The translations under genes and the position numbers were made by a program. A model generated the notes under the pieces. It was not told the DNA's origin and made no database searches. It worked only from the letters and a program-made list of their open reading frames with translations. A stretch of 60,701 nucleotides of DNA, filler included, from Sphacelaria rigidula (taxonomy: Eukaryota): NCBI GenBank assembly GCA_964200075.2. It is 9 parts of 9 records of this genome, joined end to end, with 100 filler letters (N's around TTAATTAATTAA, not from the genome) between each part and the next. Parts side by side here need not be neighbours in the genome. Positions count along the whole stretch, not along the records: positions 1 to 6,656 come from CAXNAA020018795.1; positions 6,757 to 13,412 come from CAXNAA020018796.1; 7 more parts are not named here. One strand, written 5' to 3'. Below, in pieces: positions 1-10,670 of this stretch. Every line of letters begins with the position of its first letter. Within the stretch, counting starts at the first letter, position 1.

Positions 1-285
1 GCGAAGGGATAGGGAGCAGAAGTTATGTAGTGGCAGAATGTGAACGATACAAGGAGGAGCGAGACGTGCTAGAGGGGGAAATGCGGGACGTGAACGAAGG
101 TGCCATGAAATCGCTTGATGCATTAGACAGTAGGGAGAAAACGATGCTTATACTAGGAGATAGATGGTGGCCACAGACGGTGAAGCAGGACGGGGATGAG
201 ATGTGTAAAAGGTTTTTGTGTAATGTATGGAAGAAACGTAATAAGCTGCTGAAGAAACGTCATGAGCGCCAGAATATTGGAGTAA
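1..285 (+). mobile_element. Non-LTR retrotransposon (LINE) C-terminal remnant
   Basis: The translation AECERYKEERDVLEGEMRDVNEGAMKSLDALDSREK...LGDRWWPQ is a close copy of 51960-52370 (-). That copy includes a CPC...H...C zinc-knuckle-like motif typical of LINE ORF2 C-termini. Confidence 0.65.
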
Positions 286-659
286 ATAGCGGCCAGCTCA
301 CAACTCTATAATATACATAGTATGATCACGGTTTTATGCCCAACGAACAACTTCAATTTTTATTCGGAACACTTCGAAACGCAAACCTGTCTTTCTGCAG
401 TATACCTCTTTATGATGGTAGCGGCGAACGATATAATAGCATAATAACGGCGAGGGCTGTACCCACTCCGAAGTTACGTGGGAAATAGTACGTAAAAACT
501 CACCGGGTTCATGAAGTTTTCATCTCCTTGTAATGCATGAGAGGACCGGGTGCTTAGGGGACCGCATCGGAATCGGAACATCCTTATGGTAAGGGTTCGG
601 GTTCGGGTTAGCCCTTGCGTGCTTTTCGGTGACCGTGTCAGTGCATGGTAGATCGGCGC

Positions 660-1130
660 AAGCGGGCGCCCGACGCTGCGACTGATTATCACCGCTCGAG
701 GGTGATCCTCTCTCGTCTTCCGAGCGCTTATTCGTTTTCTTGGTTGAGGAAGAGCTGAGCATATCGTGTGTGCTTGTGGTTCTTGAGGACATGTGGTATC
801 ATGACGAAGTAGAGCGTAGGCATGATTCGCCGCTGTTCTCGAGTATGATCCGGGTGTGGTTCAGTATGTAATACACAGTATAATTACGATTTCAGCTCAC
901 GATAGACTATCTCTGCACACCCGCTCATAATTATGGTTTCAGCTCACGATAGACTATCTCTGCTGTGCACCCGCTCAAAAATTAGCGCCCGACGCTGCGG
1001 CTGATCATCACCGTGCGAGGGTGATCTCCTCTCGTCTTTCGAGCGTTTCTTCTTTCTCTTGGTTGGGAAAAAGCTGAGTATGTCGTGTGTGGTTGTCGTT
1101 CTCGAGGAGATTTGATGTTGTGACAGTACA
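660..1130. repeat. Local direct duplication (~660-800 vs ~985-1130, plus a ~45 bp tandem pair at ~890-980)
   Basis: gcgcccgacgctgcg..tgat..tcaccg..cgagggtgat occurs at ~666 and ~985; ttcagctcacgatagactatctctgc occurs twice. Confidence 0.7.
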
Positions 1131-1506
1131 GTATCACCACGCGGAACGAATCCGCGCGTTGGACCCCTAGCATTGGCATTCTCCCGAACGGTCATCCCCC
1201 GGGGCGGGTGCGGAGGGACTTGCTCACTGAATCCAGCATAAATCTCGTGGATGCCTCCTTACCAAGTATGCTGCGCGCTCGTGCGTCCGAGATATTATAT
1301 ATATACATACCATATATGTTCATAGGTTTCCCCCCGCGCCTAGTATTGAGGCAATGAACTATTGTTGTGTCCTTTGTCTAGAGTATGCTATTATCCACAC
1401 AAGCAACGATCCGCATGCCCTTGACAACGTGAAAGAAGTGCTCCTAACGAAGTGTGCCATATAAAGTTATGCTCATGACCATGCATGAGCCGCTGCAGCC
1501 ACTCAC

Positions 1507-2080
1507 CAGAAGCGCGATCTGCTCTGTAGACGCCACCTTGATCGAATCCGCTATTCGCTCGATATCGCTCCGTACGCTGTCTACCTGCTCCGACACCCTC
1601 ACCACCCCACCCAACCCCATGATCGTCACCAGTGCTTCAATATCACGCCGTAGCCTGTCGATACGGTCCTTGTCGCGGCGATACCTCACGACCTTGGCAA
1701 ACGTGCCCCCAACGCCGTAGCTTGTCGCAAGCCTGATGAGATCGGTCACACACTTTTTGAGTGGGGCTATGTCGATCTTCGACGACTGCGTGTTGCACCT
1801 GATGATGACATGAGTGGTGATCACCGTGCATTGATCATGGAGCTCTTCCAGCTGTTCCCCGTGGCGCTTCACTCCATCGAATATCTCCTTCGCTAACTTC
1901 AGAGCCACGAACAATGGGGCGACGATGGGTGTGGCCTCTCCAACCTCGATGATCCCAGTCGCCAGTCCCTCCGCCACAGTCTTGGCTGCCAGAGCGACGG
2001 CCTCCTTTGTCGGTGCCGCAACATTCTCGACAGCCCCATGTTTTGGAGCCGTTCCTCTGCGCACGAACTGTGCCATCTCC
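1507..2080 (-). CDS. Exon encoding an MLKL-NTD/HeLo/RPW8-like helical-bundle N-terminal domain (probable NLR-like NB-ARC or kinase protein; partial gene)
   Basis: The open frame MAQFVRRG...PIVAPLFVALKLAKEIFDGVKRHGEQLEELHDQCTVIT...PLKKCVTDLIRLATSY...RYRRDKDRIDRLRRDIEALVTIMGL has amphipathic helices. There is a CAG acceptor before 2080, ATG at 2076 and a GTGAGT donor at 1506. The family call is from motif recall, not a search. Confidence 0.6.
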
Positions 2081-3374
2081 CTGCGGTTGTGGCATGATGG
2101 CACGAAATGTTTCAAGCATAGTGATACCTTCTGGGGTCAAAGCTAGGGGATAATACCCAGTGTTGCTATGAGAAATGTTATCAGAGAACATAAGGTACGT
2201 TTATTCTGATGCAATAGATTATTTCCGCATATGTTTTGCTGTGTATAATAGCATGTGAAACCTTAACTATCTGGTGCGTTCAAACACGCGCCGAAAAACT
2301 GGTTTGCGTCTTTTCTCAGTGACAGGTTCGTATCATGTAATGAGTACCAACCACAAGCGGTCAACTACTCCGTCTTGAGCAAGGTTTTTGCACGAACAAG
2401 ACCAGCCTTCTTCCAACACCAAATGGATTGCCGTTAAACAAAGCGCACTTTGTATATATGAGTAAGAGCTAGCACCAGGCGTGATGCGCTTGTGCTGTGG
2501 ATGTCTGTGCATGTTTGCTCGGGCTGCGTTGTGAAGGTGTAACGTCGTTCACTCGTATTTCAGTCACGCCCGTTGAGATTCTAGAACTGTCTCGGACTGC
2601 GTCCGTTGCGCAAAGAATCGCCGCTCTTCCCAGCAAGGCAGTTTGGTGAATCTTCTTTAGGGCCCAAGGTGGTTTTGTGGGCCGGCAAACTGCATGGCTT
2701 GTGTCTCTCCCCGCTTCTTTTTCCTGTCTAGATAAGGGTATCTCAATCTCGAGATCCCCGGTGTATTTCACAGTTGCAGCAATTCAAAGATGACTACATC
2801 ACGAACCTCGAGATTGAGAAATCTCTGATACGGCACAGCCTAGAGTTGAGCACAGGGATACATACACAGTAATAATTGGCAATCGACACTACCATCCTCT
2901 ATGCATGATGTGTGTGTTTTTCTGCAGGCGAAAACTTGAGCATCTCCCTTGATTGTAGTGGTGGGCGACGGAATTGGATGGTAGGGTAGGCGACAGGCTC
3001 GTGTACACGCTCATGGACAGCACGGGCAGGACAAAACTGCACGTTGTTGTTCAAGTCCTCTTCGCGTCGCATTGTACGCATGGAGTAGATAGTCCCGTGC
3101 TGTCTGCACTGCACGCTGCCCCCTTCTTCACACCCTACAGTACGAAACAGAGTGTCTTCGTAGACAGTGCAGACAGCACAGGACCGTCTGTAATGAACAC
3201 AAGTGAAGAAGTCCCCCCTCTGGTTCCACCATCTTTTCGATCGAAAGCCTGCAAATTCGCTTGGATCCAAATCGTGCACAACGAACTAATTTCATTCCGC
3301 CGCACTAACTCGTTAGAAAGCAAGGGTACACGAAACACAAATACGCACGCACACCTACGTACCCATTTTGTGTT

Positions 3375-3740
3375 GCACGTCGGACAGATCAGCTCCCTGT
3401 TGCTGGAGCTAGCTCTTTTTAGGGTAGCTCCCTGCTGAGCAATGAGAGCTACATGAGCTACGCATGCTTGCCCTCGGTGAGATATGAAAGCGAAATGAGC
3501 TGCGTGTTCCCCCTAGGTGGGCTACCAACCCGTGGTTCATTAGCTCATATTCGCCCTAGGTGAGCTATGAGAGCTACATGAGCCATGCATGCTTTCCCTG
3601 GGTGAGATATGACAGCTACATGAGCAACGCGTGTTTGCACTAAGTGGGCTGTATGAGAGCCACGTGACCTACGCATGTATGCCCTGGACGAGCCATGAGA
3701 GCTACGTGGGCCACCCGTGTTTGCACTGGATCAGCTACCG
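3375..3740. repeat. GAGCT-rich tandem repeat element, copy 1 (MITE-like terminus cacgtcggacagatc)
   Basis: Repeated units resembling gagctacatgagctacgcatgtttgccctgggtgagct. The start motif is shared with 4378 and 24853. Confidence 0.6.
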
Positions 3741-4377
3741 GATGTACAGTAGGCACCACTCACGAAGCAGCAACGTTCGACATCGCAGCAGGTGACTGCC
3801 CTGCCGCCGCCATGGTACCAGCACTCGCTTTGTTGTCCTGGGCAAAGTTGGAATGCTTGGTGCGCACAAGGCGTTGCCTTTGGTACAGCTCCGCACTGGT
3901 GCCAGCCTCGTATGTGTATGTTCAGCTAGAAGATGGTGTGGACGATTCGTTTTCCACTCGTACTGCGCAGCACCTATGCCGTACCGTCGTTCCGTTACAG
4001 GTTACGACGCCTTCCACCACCGTTGTAGGAGACAGACGCAAAATCGTTGCCATGCGGTTTGTCTCTTTTTTATTGTTTGAGAGTGCACTCGTGCTCTACG
4101 TACCGCTGAGTATCACAACGTGTACCGTGGTGCTCTGCATTGAACTATGCTAAACTGAAATACTGCACTGTACTCTCGGACCCGTCAGGTTGAGCATTTT
4201 TTCAGGCAAGCCCTAGAGACTAGAATCTAGAGTGTGTCGTATGAAAAAAGATGCGAAAAAGTGCGGCGAATGAGAAAAATTCCGATCTGATACGTCCACA
4301 CCATTTGTTCTTTTCTGACTTCTACTTTTTTTCACAATTCTTCATGCGCAACCCGAAGGGGGAGAATAAAAAAGCTC

Positions 4378-4703
4378 CACACATCGGACAAATCAGGTTC
4401 CTGTAGCTCGAGCTAGTTCTTCTATAGCATTCGGCATTCTACTGAGCTACGAGAGCCACATGAGCTACGCATGTTTGCCCTGGGTGAGCTACCAACTCGT
4501 AGCTCATCAGCTCCTGTTCGCCCCGGTGAGCTATGACAGCCAAATGAGCTACGCATGTTTGTACTGGGTGAGATACCAACCCGTAGCTCATCAGCGCATG
4601 TTTACCCTTGCTGAGCTATCGGGCATATAGTAGCTCAAATGCACATTTTGACTACACGTGAGCTACAGCCCGCAGATGAGCTTGCTCACGAGCTGTCTGA
4701 TGT
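4378..4703. mobile_element. GAGCT-rich MITE-like element, copy 2
   Basis: Starts cacacatcggacaaatc and ends gagctgtctgatgt (imperfect inverted termini). Internal repeats match 3375-3740. Confidence 0.5.
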
Positions 4704-5419
4704 ACGCATTTTTGTTCCTTCGAGGGGTGGGGGGGTTAGGGTTCTAGACCACCCCCTTCCCCCACCCTCCCCACTGAACGCCATACAAACTCCTATGAAA
4801 CCGATCCTCTACTAAATCCTATACAAAATGACGCCGTGTCCGAGGTGGGGCACCCTCCCTGAAGTGTGTGGGGGTAGTATATATGATCCACGTATTCCCT
4901 TGAGACGTAGGTGAAGAAGTAAAAATGAAAACACAATGACACAATGAAAAAAAATGTAAAGTGAACGAAGGAAACGGAAAGAAATGAAGAAAAAATGAGT
5001 GAGCAAAATTATATAATACAATAACGGGATGAGTAAAGGAAAAAAAAGGGAAGAAGAAAAAATCGAATAAGAAATTAAACAAAATATAGGGAAAACAGAA
5101 AAATGAAATGAATTAACGATGATGAAATAAACAGTAAAGTTAGTGAATACATAGTATATGAATAAATTGAAAATCAAGGCTCACTCCGCTTTGCCTTTTT
5201 GAGGTTGGTAACGTTTACTATGGTATCCAGCCATCGAGGTAAAGCACGGTAAATTTTGGACAGTACATCTGGTCACCCCTGGTACTCATCGGTGGAAGAG
5301 CCAGTTGCCTTGAGAAGGCTGTGCTAAAAAAATGAGTATAATTTATCCTATACCGCAGCCGATACCTGGATTCGAAAACCGATCCCATACAAAATAATTT
5401 GGAATACTGTACACACTGT

Positions 5420-5777
5420 GTTGTCACGTCATCCAGTCTGGGTGCCAGCGTACCCCTTTCGATATATGTGGGCGCATCAGCCGGGGTTACACAGGAGGAA
5501 GGCCGAAACAGGAACGTTTTCTTTCTTCTTTTGTTTTTAGTACTCCACCTTCCTTCTGCGGTGCTTGCCTTGTTTGTTTATCACGAGAGGGGTTCAGTGG
5601 TCTCCTTCCCTCGTCGACCGTAAACTCGACTTGTGTGTACCCACGGCATGGTCGCTCTCCACTGTTCGGCATGGTGTGAGAAAAAAACCCAGATCGTGTG
5701 ACTTCACCAAGATTCCAACCCACGACCTAACCGTCAGAAGCTTTCCAGGGTATCAACTGATCCACCGGGGCGACCGG
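5420..5777 (-). mobile_element. tRNA-derived SINE (family A)
   Basis: The minus-strand head cggtcgccccggTGGATCAGTTGAT...GGTTGGAATC has A-box and B-box-like motifs. A near-identical head lies at 19501. Confidence 0.6.
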
Positions 5778-6297
5778 CGGACCACCGTTGTACCCTTAGT
5801 CTCATCATAAGTCCCTTCACACGCGGCCATTCGGCTAGCCTCGAAAATCCTTCATGTAGGGGATTTTTCAAACGTGTCTCAACACCCCATCCGTCTTGAA
5901 GCTCCCCACTACAGGCTCTTGGACATTTGCAATCATCTAGTGGATCTTTAACATTGGGGTCTTCCTCGAGGGTTCGCGTCAATATCAAATTTCTCTGGGT
6001 TGTTTCTGAAGGCACCCGTGCTGTGGAAATCCTATACCTGTTACAGCGTATACTGGAGTTGAACAGCAGAGGTTGATAGAAGTGAAACCTAGTTTTGCCC
6101 GCCAATTTATCCTGAAATTGGGTTAAAGGAGGGCTTGCGAGAAGGCTCTGTTGTTCAAATCTGACATACTGTACCGTTGTCAACCTATGGGATTCAGACT
6201 GCAGATATTGTACGAAAGCCGTCGCACTGCCCCCAATTCATATCCATTGGGCAAAACTAGATTCCGTCAGCTTCTGCTGTACAATCCCAGATACATT

Positions 6298-6360
6298 ATT
6301 TGATTGATTGATTGTCGCACTTTAAGTGACCCCCCAAGGATCCAGCCGTGGTCACAAGAC
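6298..6360 (-). repeat. Retroelement-like 3' end (gtgaccacggctggatc...(AATC)n tail)
   Basis: The same motif plus tetranucleotide tail occurs at ~25186-25245 (+) and ~53045-53135 (+). Confidence 0.55.
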
Positions 6361-6656
6361 AATTTGAAACACTCGCTGAAGAAAAACAAGTGACAGAAAA
6401 AGTCGAACAGAACGACAGACTTATGAGACGTAAAATAAAAAATAAAAGCCAAGAAAGTAAGAGCACCGAAAAAAATAGTCAGTCTATAACAAAAAAAGGA
6501 ACAAAAAAGAAAAGAACAAAAAAGAAATGAAAATGATAATAGAGAGAGAGAGAAAAAAAAAGGGAAAAGCCCAAGGGATTCAGGGCAGAAGAGTAGATAC
6601 AGACACACACCAGTGGGCACCGCAGAGCCACCGACTAAGGACATAATCAACAACCG

Positions 6657-6756
6657 NNNNNNNNNNNNNNNNNNNNNNNNNNNNNNNNNNNNNNNNNNNN
6701 TTAATTAATTAANNNNNNNNNNNNNNNNNNNNNNNNNNNNNNNNNNNNNNNNNNNN
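6657..6756. other. Artificial contig spacer
   Basis: 44 N + TTAATTAATTAA (stop codons in all six frames) + 44 N. Confidence 0.98.
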
Positions 6757-7949
6757 AGGGTACGTTTTAAGATATTTTGGTTTGCGTACAGCATTGGTTT
6801 TTCTCCAGAGAGTGGAAAGCGTTGAGGCTCGCTCTCGCTCGCCACCGCTTCTGACTCTCCCCAACAACCCGTTTTGGCTTCCACAGCTCTCTCTCGCAAA
6901 AGAGGCTGTTTGATAGTTTAGGCTAAAAGCGCCGAGCTACACCATCTTTGTTTTACTACACTGCTCCTCGCTAGTAGCTTTACCGCTACAGTGCCAGCCT
7001 CTGCTTAACCCTTAGGCCGCGAGGGTAGCCTATCTGGACCATGCATACTTTTTCCAATTGAAATTGATGGCGATTCAGCAGATGACCTACTCTCGCTGTC
7101 CAAGGGTTAACTGTCCAGTGAGACAGTACCGTGCCAGCGAATAATTTTCAACAAGGATCGCATTGCCCTCGCAAATCCAAATACACCGCTCCATTCATTG
7201 CTGCTCATCAGCTGAGCATGCTGTGCGTGACCTTGCTCGGATCGGTTCAGAACTTAGTGAGGAATAATGATTTACGTAAGACGCGCGCACAGCACACGCC
7301 CACAAGCATTAAGCAACGGCACGTTTTGGGTTGCTTTTTGACACGCACGCGGCCGCCTCACATCCAACACTGGACGGATTTCTGTCGAACAAAGATTGCC
7401 GTGTGTAGAGGACTTAGAGCTAGCGTTTGAGCTAATGCGCGCGTGTGGTGGGTGTCTTTACGTGGGTTTTCGTAGCTCGGTTTGTCGGCGCTGTGCTACC
7501 TCGATATGTCTTGTCTGCAGCGTAACCGAGAGTTTGGACTGAACACGGGATTTGTAGCCAAATGCCAAGCCGTAGGTTTCAGTATGATCGCATGCATGAT
7601 TGGGGCAGTGGCAGCGGACAGGGGATCCTGAATTCATGGCCCGTATCTGTATGACCTCTTCTTGCTGTCTGGCTCATTATGTGGTCTGTTTCTGGGTCAC
7701 ATCGTGATAATAACAAGTGAGAAGAAAGGACTTGTCGAGCACGAGGCCAGTGCTACTGGAGGAATCCCTCGTGGATAGTCCTCTTGTCCAGATCGTCTGG
7801 CAGAGGCTACAATGTCTAGATATTCTTCCGGCACTCTGTTAGAGGAGTTTGGCTGAGGAGAGAGTGGGCTGCAGCTGAGAGCTAGTTTAGCCCGCAGACA
7901 GGCGGAGATCAACTTGAAGCGCACAGGAGTGGGGGACGCTCCGTGAGCT

Positions 7950-10670
7950 GGATGACGCAGAAGTCAGGCAAGAGTCTCTTCGTAAAGTGTTTGAACCATG
8001 AGGACATGGCTCAAGCGGCGGCAGCGCCACTGGTGTTAGGTGAGCCGCTAGACCCGCCAAGGTATGGCGAGGTGTGGACGGAGGAATCGTCAAAACATTT
8101 CTATGCCAAATATCTTGACTACATACAGTGTGTGAGTCTCGCGAATTCACAGGAAATCGTGAGGCATCAGAGGATAAGCATAGGTAAACTCATCCCTACT
8201 TGTATTCACCGATGCTTCGAAGATATGTACAAGGACCGTCGGGCTATGACCCCCGACGAATTGCTTGATTCTGAAACACCCAGTTACCTTGCTGCCAGGC
8301 ATGTGATCGTATCGATAAGGCCATTTCAGAGCGCCAATGAGGGGGGGGCTCCTGCGGATGAAGCGGTGAAGCGCTTGGTCGATCGGGGGTCCGACGTTTT
8401 TATGGACCCAGCGGAGGAAAGAGGTGCCAGAGAACGTGCACTTGATGATAGGGTGCAACAGGCCGAGCAGAAGGGTCTGAGCGCCGATGGCGCACATTGT
8501 CTGCGCGATAATTTGGCTCGTCGCGTAGATAAACTTCGTCGTGCGCTGCGTGGTGACCCGCCAGCGCGCGTGGAGCCAATGAAGGAGGCTGTGAAGGCCA
8601 AGCCTCGCCGCTGCGATCCGGTGAAGACCGTGTGGCTTGCTTCATGCATCGCAGTTTTGGTGGCATTTGGTTTGTTGGTTGGGAATGTTCAGGCTGTGTG
8701 GGCGAGTCCGGCGATGGCGGTGTCGAAGAGGGACACAGTCTGTTTGGTCAGCGACTATCAGGCGGTGAACGCACAAGTGGAACAGTCTCCGGGGGTGATG
8801 CTAAGCCAAGAAGACATGCGGGAGTTGCTGGGAGCCCAACCACAATATCGGTATGTCAGTCAACATATTCCTGGAGAGTGCATTTTTCGGGGAGATTTGT
8901 TGTCTCGCTTGGTGAAGGTTCCTACCGTGCCTGTTCGTTCTGTTGCCGTGTACACCCCGTGTGATGCCGATGATTCGCTGCCCTCGTTAGATGTCATTCG
9001 TACCGTACAGCACAAAACGGTCGGCGAAGGTGTTCATTATTTTCCACCGTCTGTCGCTCAAGCTACTTTAAGTGATCGTGGTTTGTTTCGCGTGCGTGTT
9101 GGCAGTATTGGTGTTTTGTGGATTCCGTCGGATGATAAGGCTCTACAGACTTGCTTGATGGTGTGCGCTCACATGAGTCCGGCTGGTCACCGTGATGTTG
9201 CGCCGACTCTGTTCTGTTTAAAAGAATACTGTGTGTGACGTCACATAGATTCCCATGTTCCCGAGTTCGTTCGCCAGTGTTTGCATTGTCTAGACACTCG
9301 TGCTGGTGAAATTGTACCCCGTCCGTATGGCGATACTGTGCATGGTACTGCGCCAGGTGGAGTTGTTCACTTTGATTTTCTGTACGTCGGAAGTAGCGGA
9401 CCTGAAGCTGCAACTGGTTTGCCTGAGGAGGATGATTTTCGGTACGCTTTGGTTTTCATGGATGAGAGGGATGCTACGGTAGGGGTGCACACATATGTTC
9501 TGAGATAGTAATTATTAGGAGCCCTGTATCTCGTCCAAAACACGACTTATGAAAATATGTGAAAGTACGCCAGGCTTACTCTTCCAATGTGCTAGGGATA
9601 TCTCGAATGAATTTGCAAACGGGGTGCCCCGACCCATATTCTTGTGCATGCAAAATCTTGAGGAGCCCCTGAACCAGACAAAATTTCGCGCAAAAAGTGC
9701 AGCTCTACCGTAGCATTGCTCATGATATGTCCAATTTCGTTTGCGTGGAGCCGACAGAGGCTTGCACCGCCGAGGTTACGGCTAAGCACTTGCTCCATCG
9801 GTGCAAGACTTCGAGGGTGCTGCGTGTTTGGGTTAGTGATACCACCACACACTTCAAGAATCAAGTGATCGCGCAGCTGAGCGATGCGCTCAAGGTGCAA
9901 CACCAATTGCTGTTGCGTATACCCCTTGGCCGAATGGTGCTTGTGAACTCATGGTGAAAGAGGTTATTCGTGCGTTACGGTCTATTTTTTCGGAACGGAG
10001 ACGGTTGGTGTCTGAATGGGTTGATGTTTTGCCAACCGCTCAGTGGGCGTTGAATACTTCTTCTCGTGAACTCTACCGTAGCACTCCGTATTTTGTGATG
10101 TTTGGGCGTGCGCCGCGTACAGCGTTTTCCGCGCTGGCTTCTGTCATTGGCGGCGAGTGGAACGTCGATGTCGTGGATGATGATTTTCGAGGCATGGTTG
10201 ACGAGCAAGTGCGGGTTTGTAACGAAGTGCACGTTGCTGTCGCGGTGTCTCGCGAAACCAAATGCAAGCTTGCTCAGGGCTAGGCTGTGTTGCCCAAGTT
10301 TACAGTTGGCGATTTCGTATTGTATGCCCGTGTTCGTAGGCAAGGCGTGACATCAAAGTTGATGTCCACGTGAGCAGATCCGGGGCGAGTGGTCGGAGCC
10401 GATCACACTCACGTGTACTCGGTGCAGAACATTGTTTCTGGCGCCGTGCACTCTGCCAATGTCGCTCGTTTAAGTTTCTACGCTGACTCGCAGTTGCACA
10501 TCTCTGCGGAAATGAACTATGCATTTCAGCATTCGTATGCTCAAGGTGAATGTCGGAAGAATGCTTTGGTGCACGCCGCTGAGGATGACAATGGCGATGT
10601 CAGTGTTTTGGTTGATTGGGAAGGGTTTGGTGCTTCAAAACGTCAGTGGGAGTCTCTCCGCAAAATTTGC
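7950..10670 (+). mobile_element. Degenerate Ty3/Gypsy LTR retrotransposon (chromodomain-bearing) gag-pol
   Basis: RT N-terminus (WASPAMAVSK..LVSDYQAVN), RNase H end (HIPG...GDLLSR), integrase H2C2 (CAH...GH...CLHC), rve core (HFDFL, VSDT..HFKN, YTPWPNGACE) and chromodomain (VLVDWEGF...WESL). Multiple stops and frameshifts; LTRs not identified. Confidence 0.88.
9466..9721. mobile_element. 256-bp non-autonomous TIR element inserted in the integrase
   Basis: 17-bp TIRs gagggatgctacggtag / ctaccgtagcattgctc (2 mismatches) flanked by an ATGA direct repeat. Removing it restores the frame F-M-D-D-M-S-N-F-V. Confidence 0.85.

Noticed and set aside
586..612. Telomere-like (T/C)GGGTT repeats (also 56454-56465)
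   Set aside because: Only 2-4 degenerate internal units; insufficient for a telomere or interstitial telomeric array.
4812..5177. Hydrophobic Phe-rich ORFs resembling membrane proteins (also 6267-6653, 52857-53120)
   Set aside because: By-products of A/T-rich low-complexity sequence; no splice or homology support.
6701..6712. Recurrent TTAATTAATTAA motif every ~6.76 kb
   Set aside because: Always embedded in N runs; it is an assembly linker, not biological periodicity.
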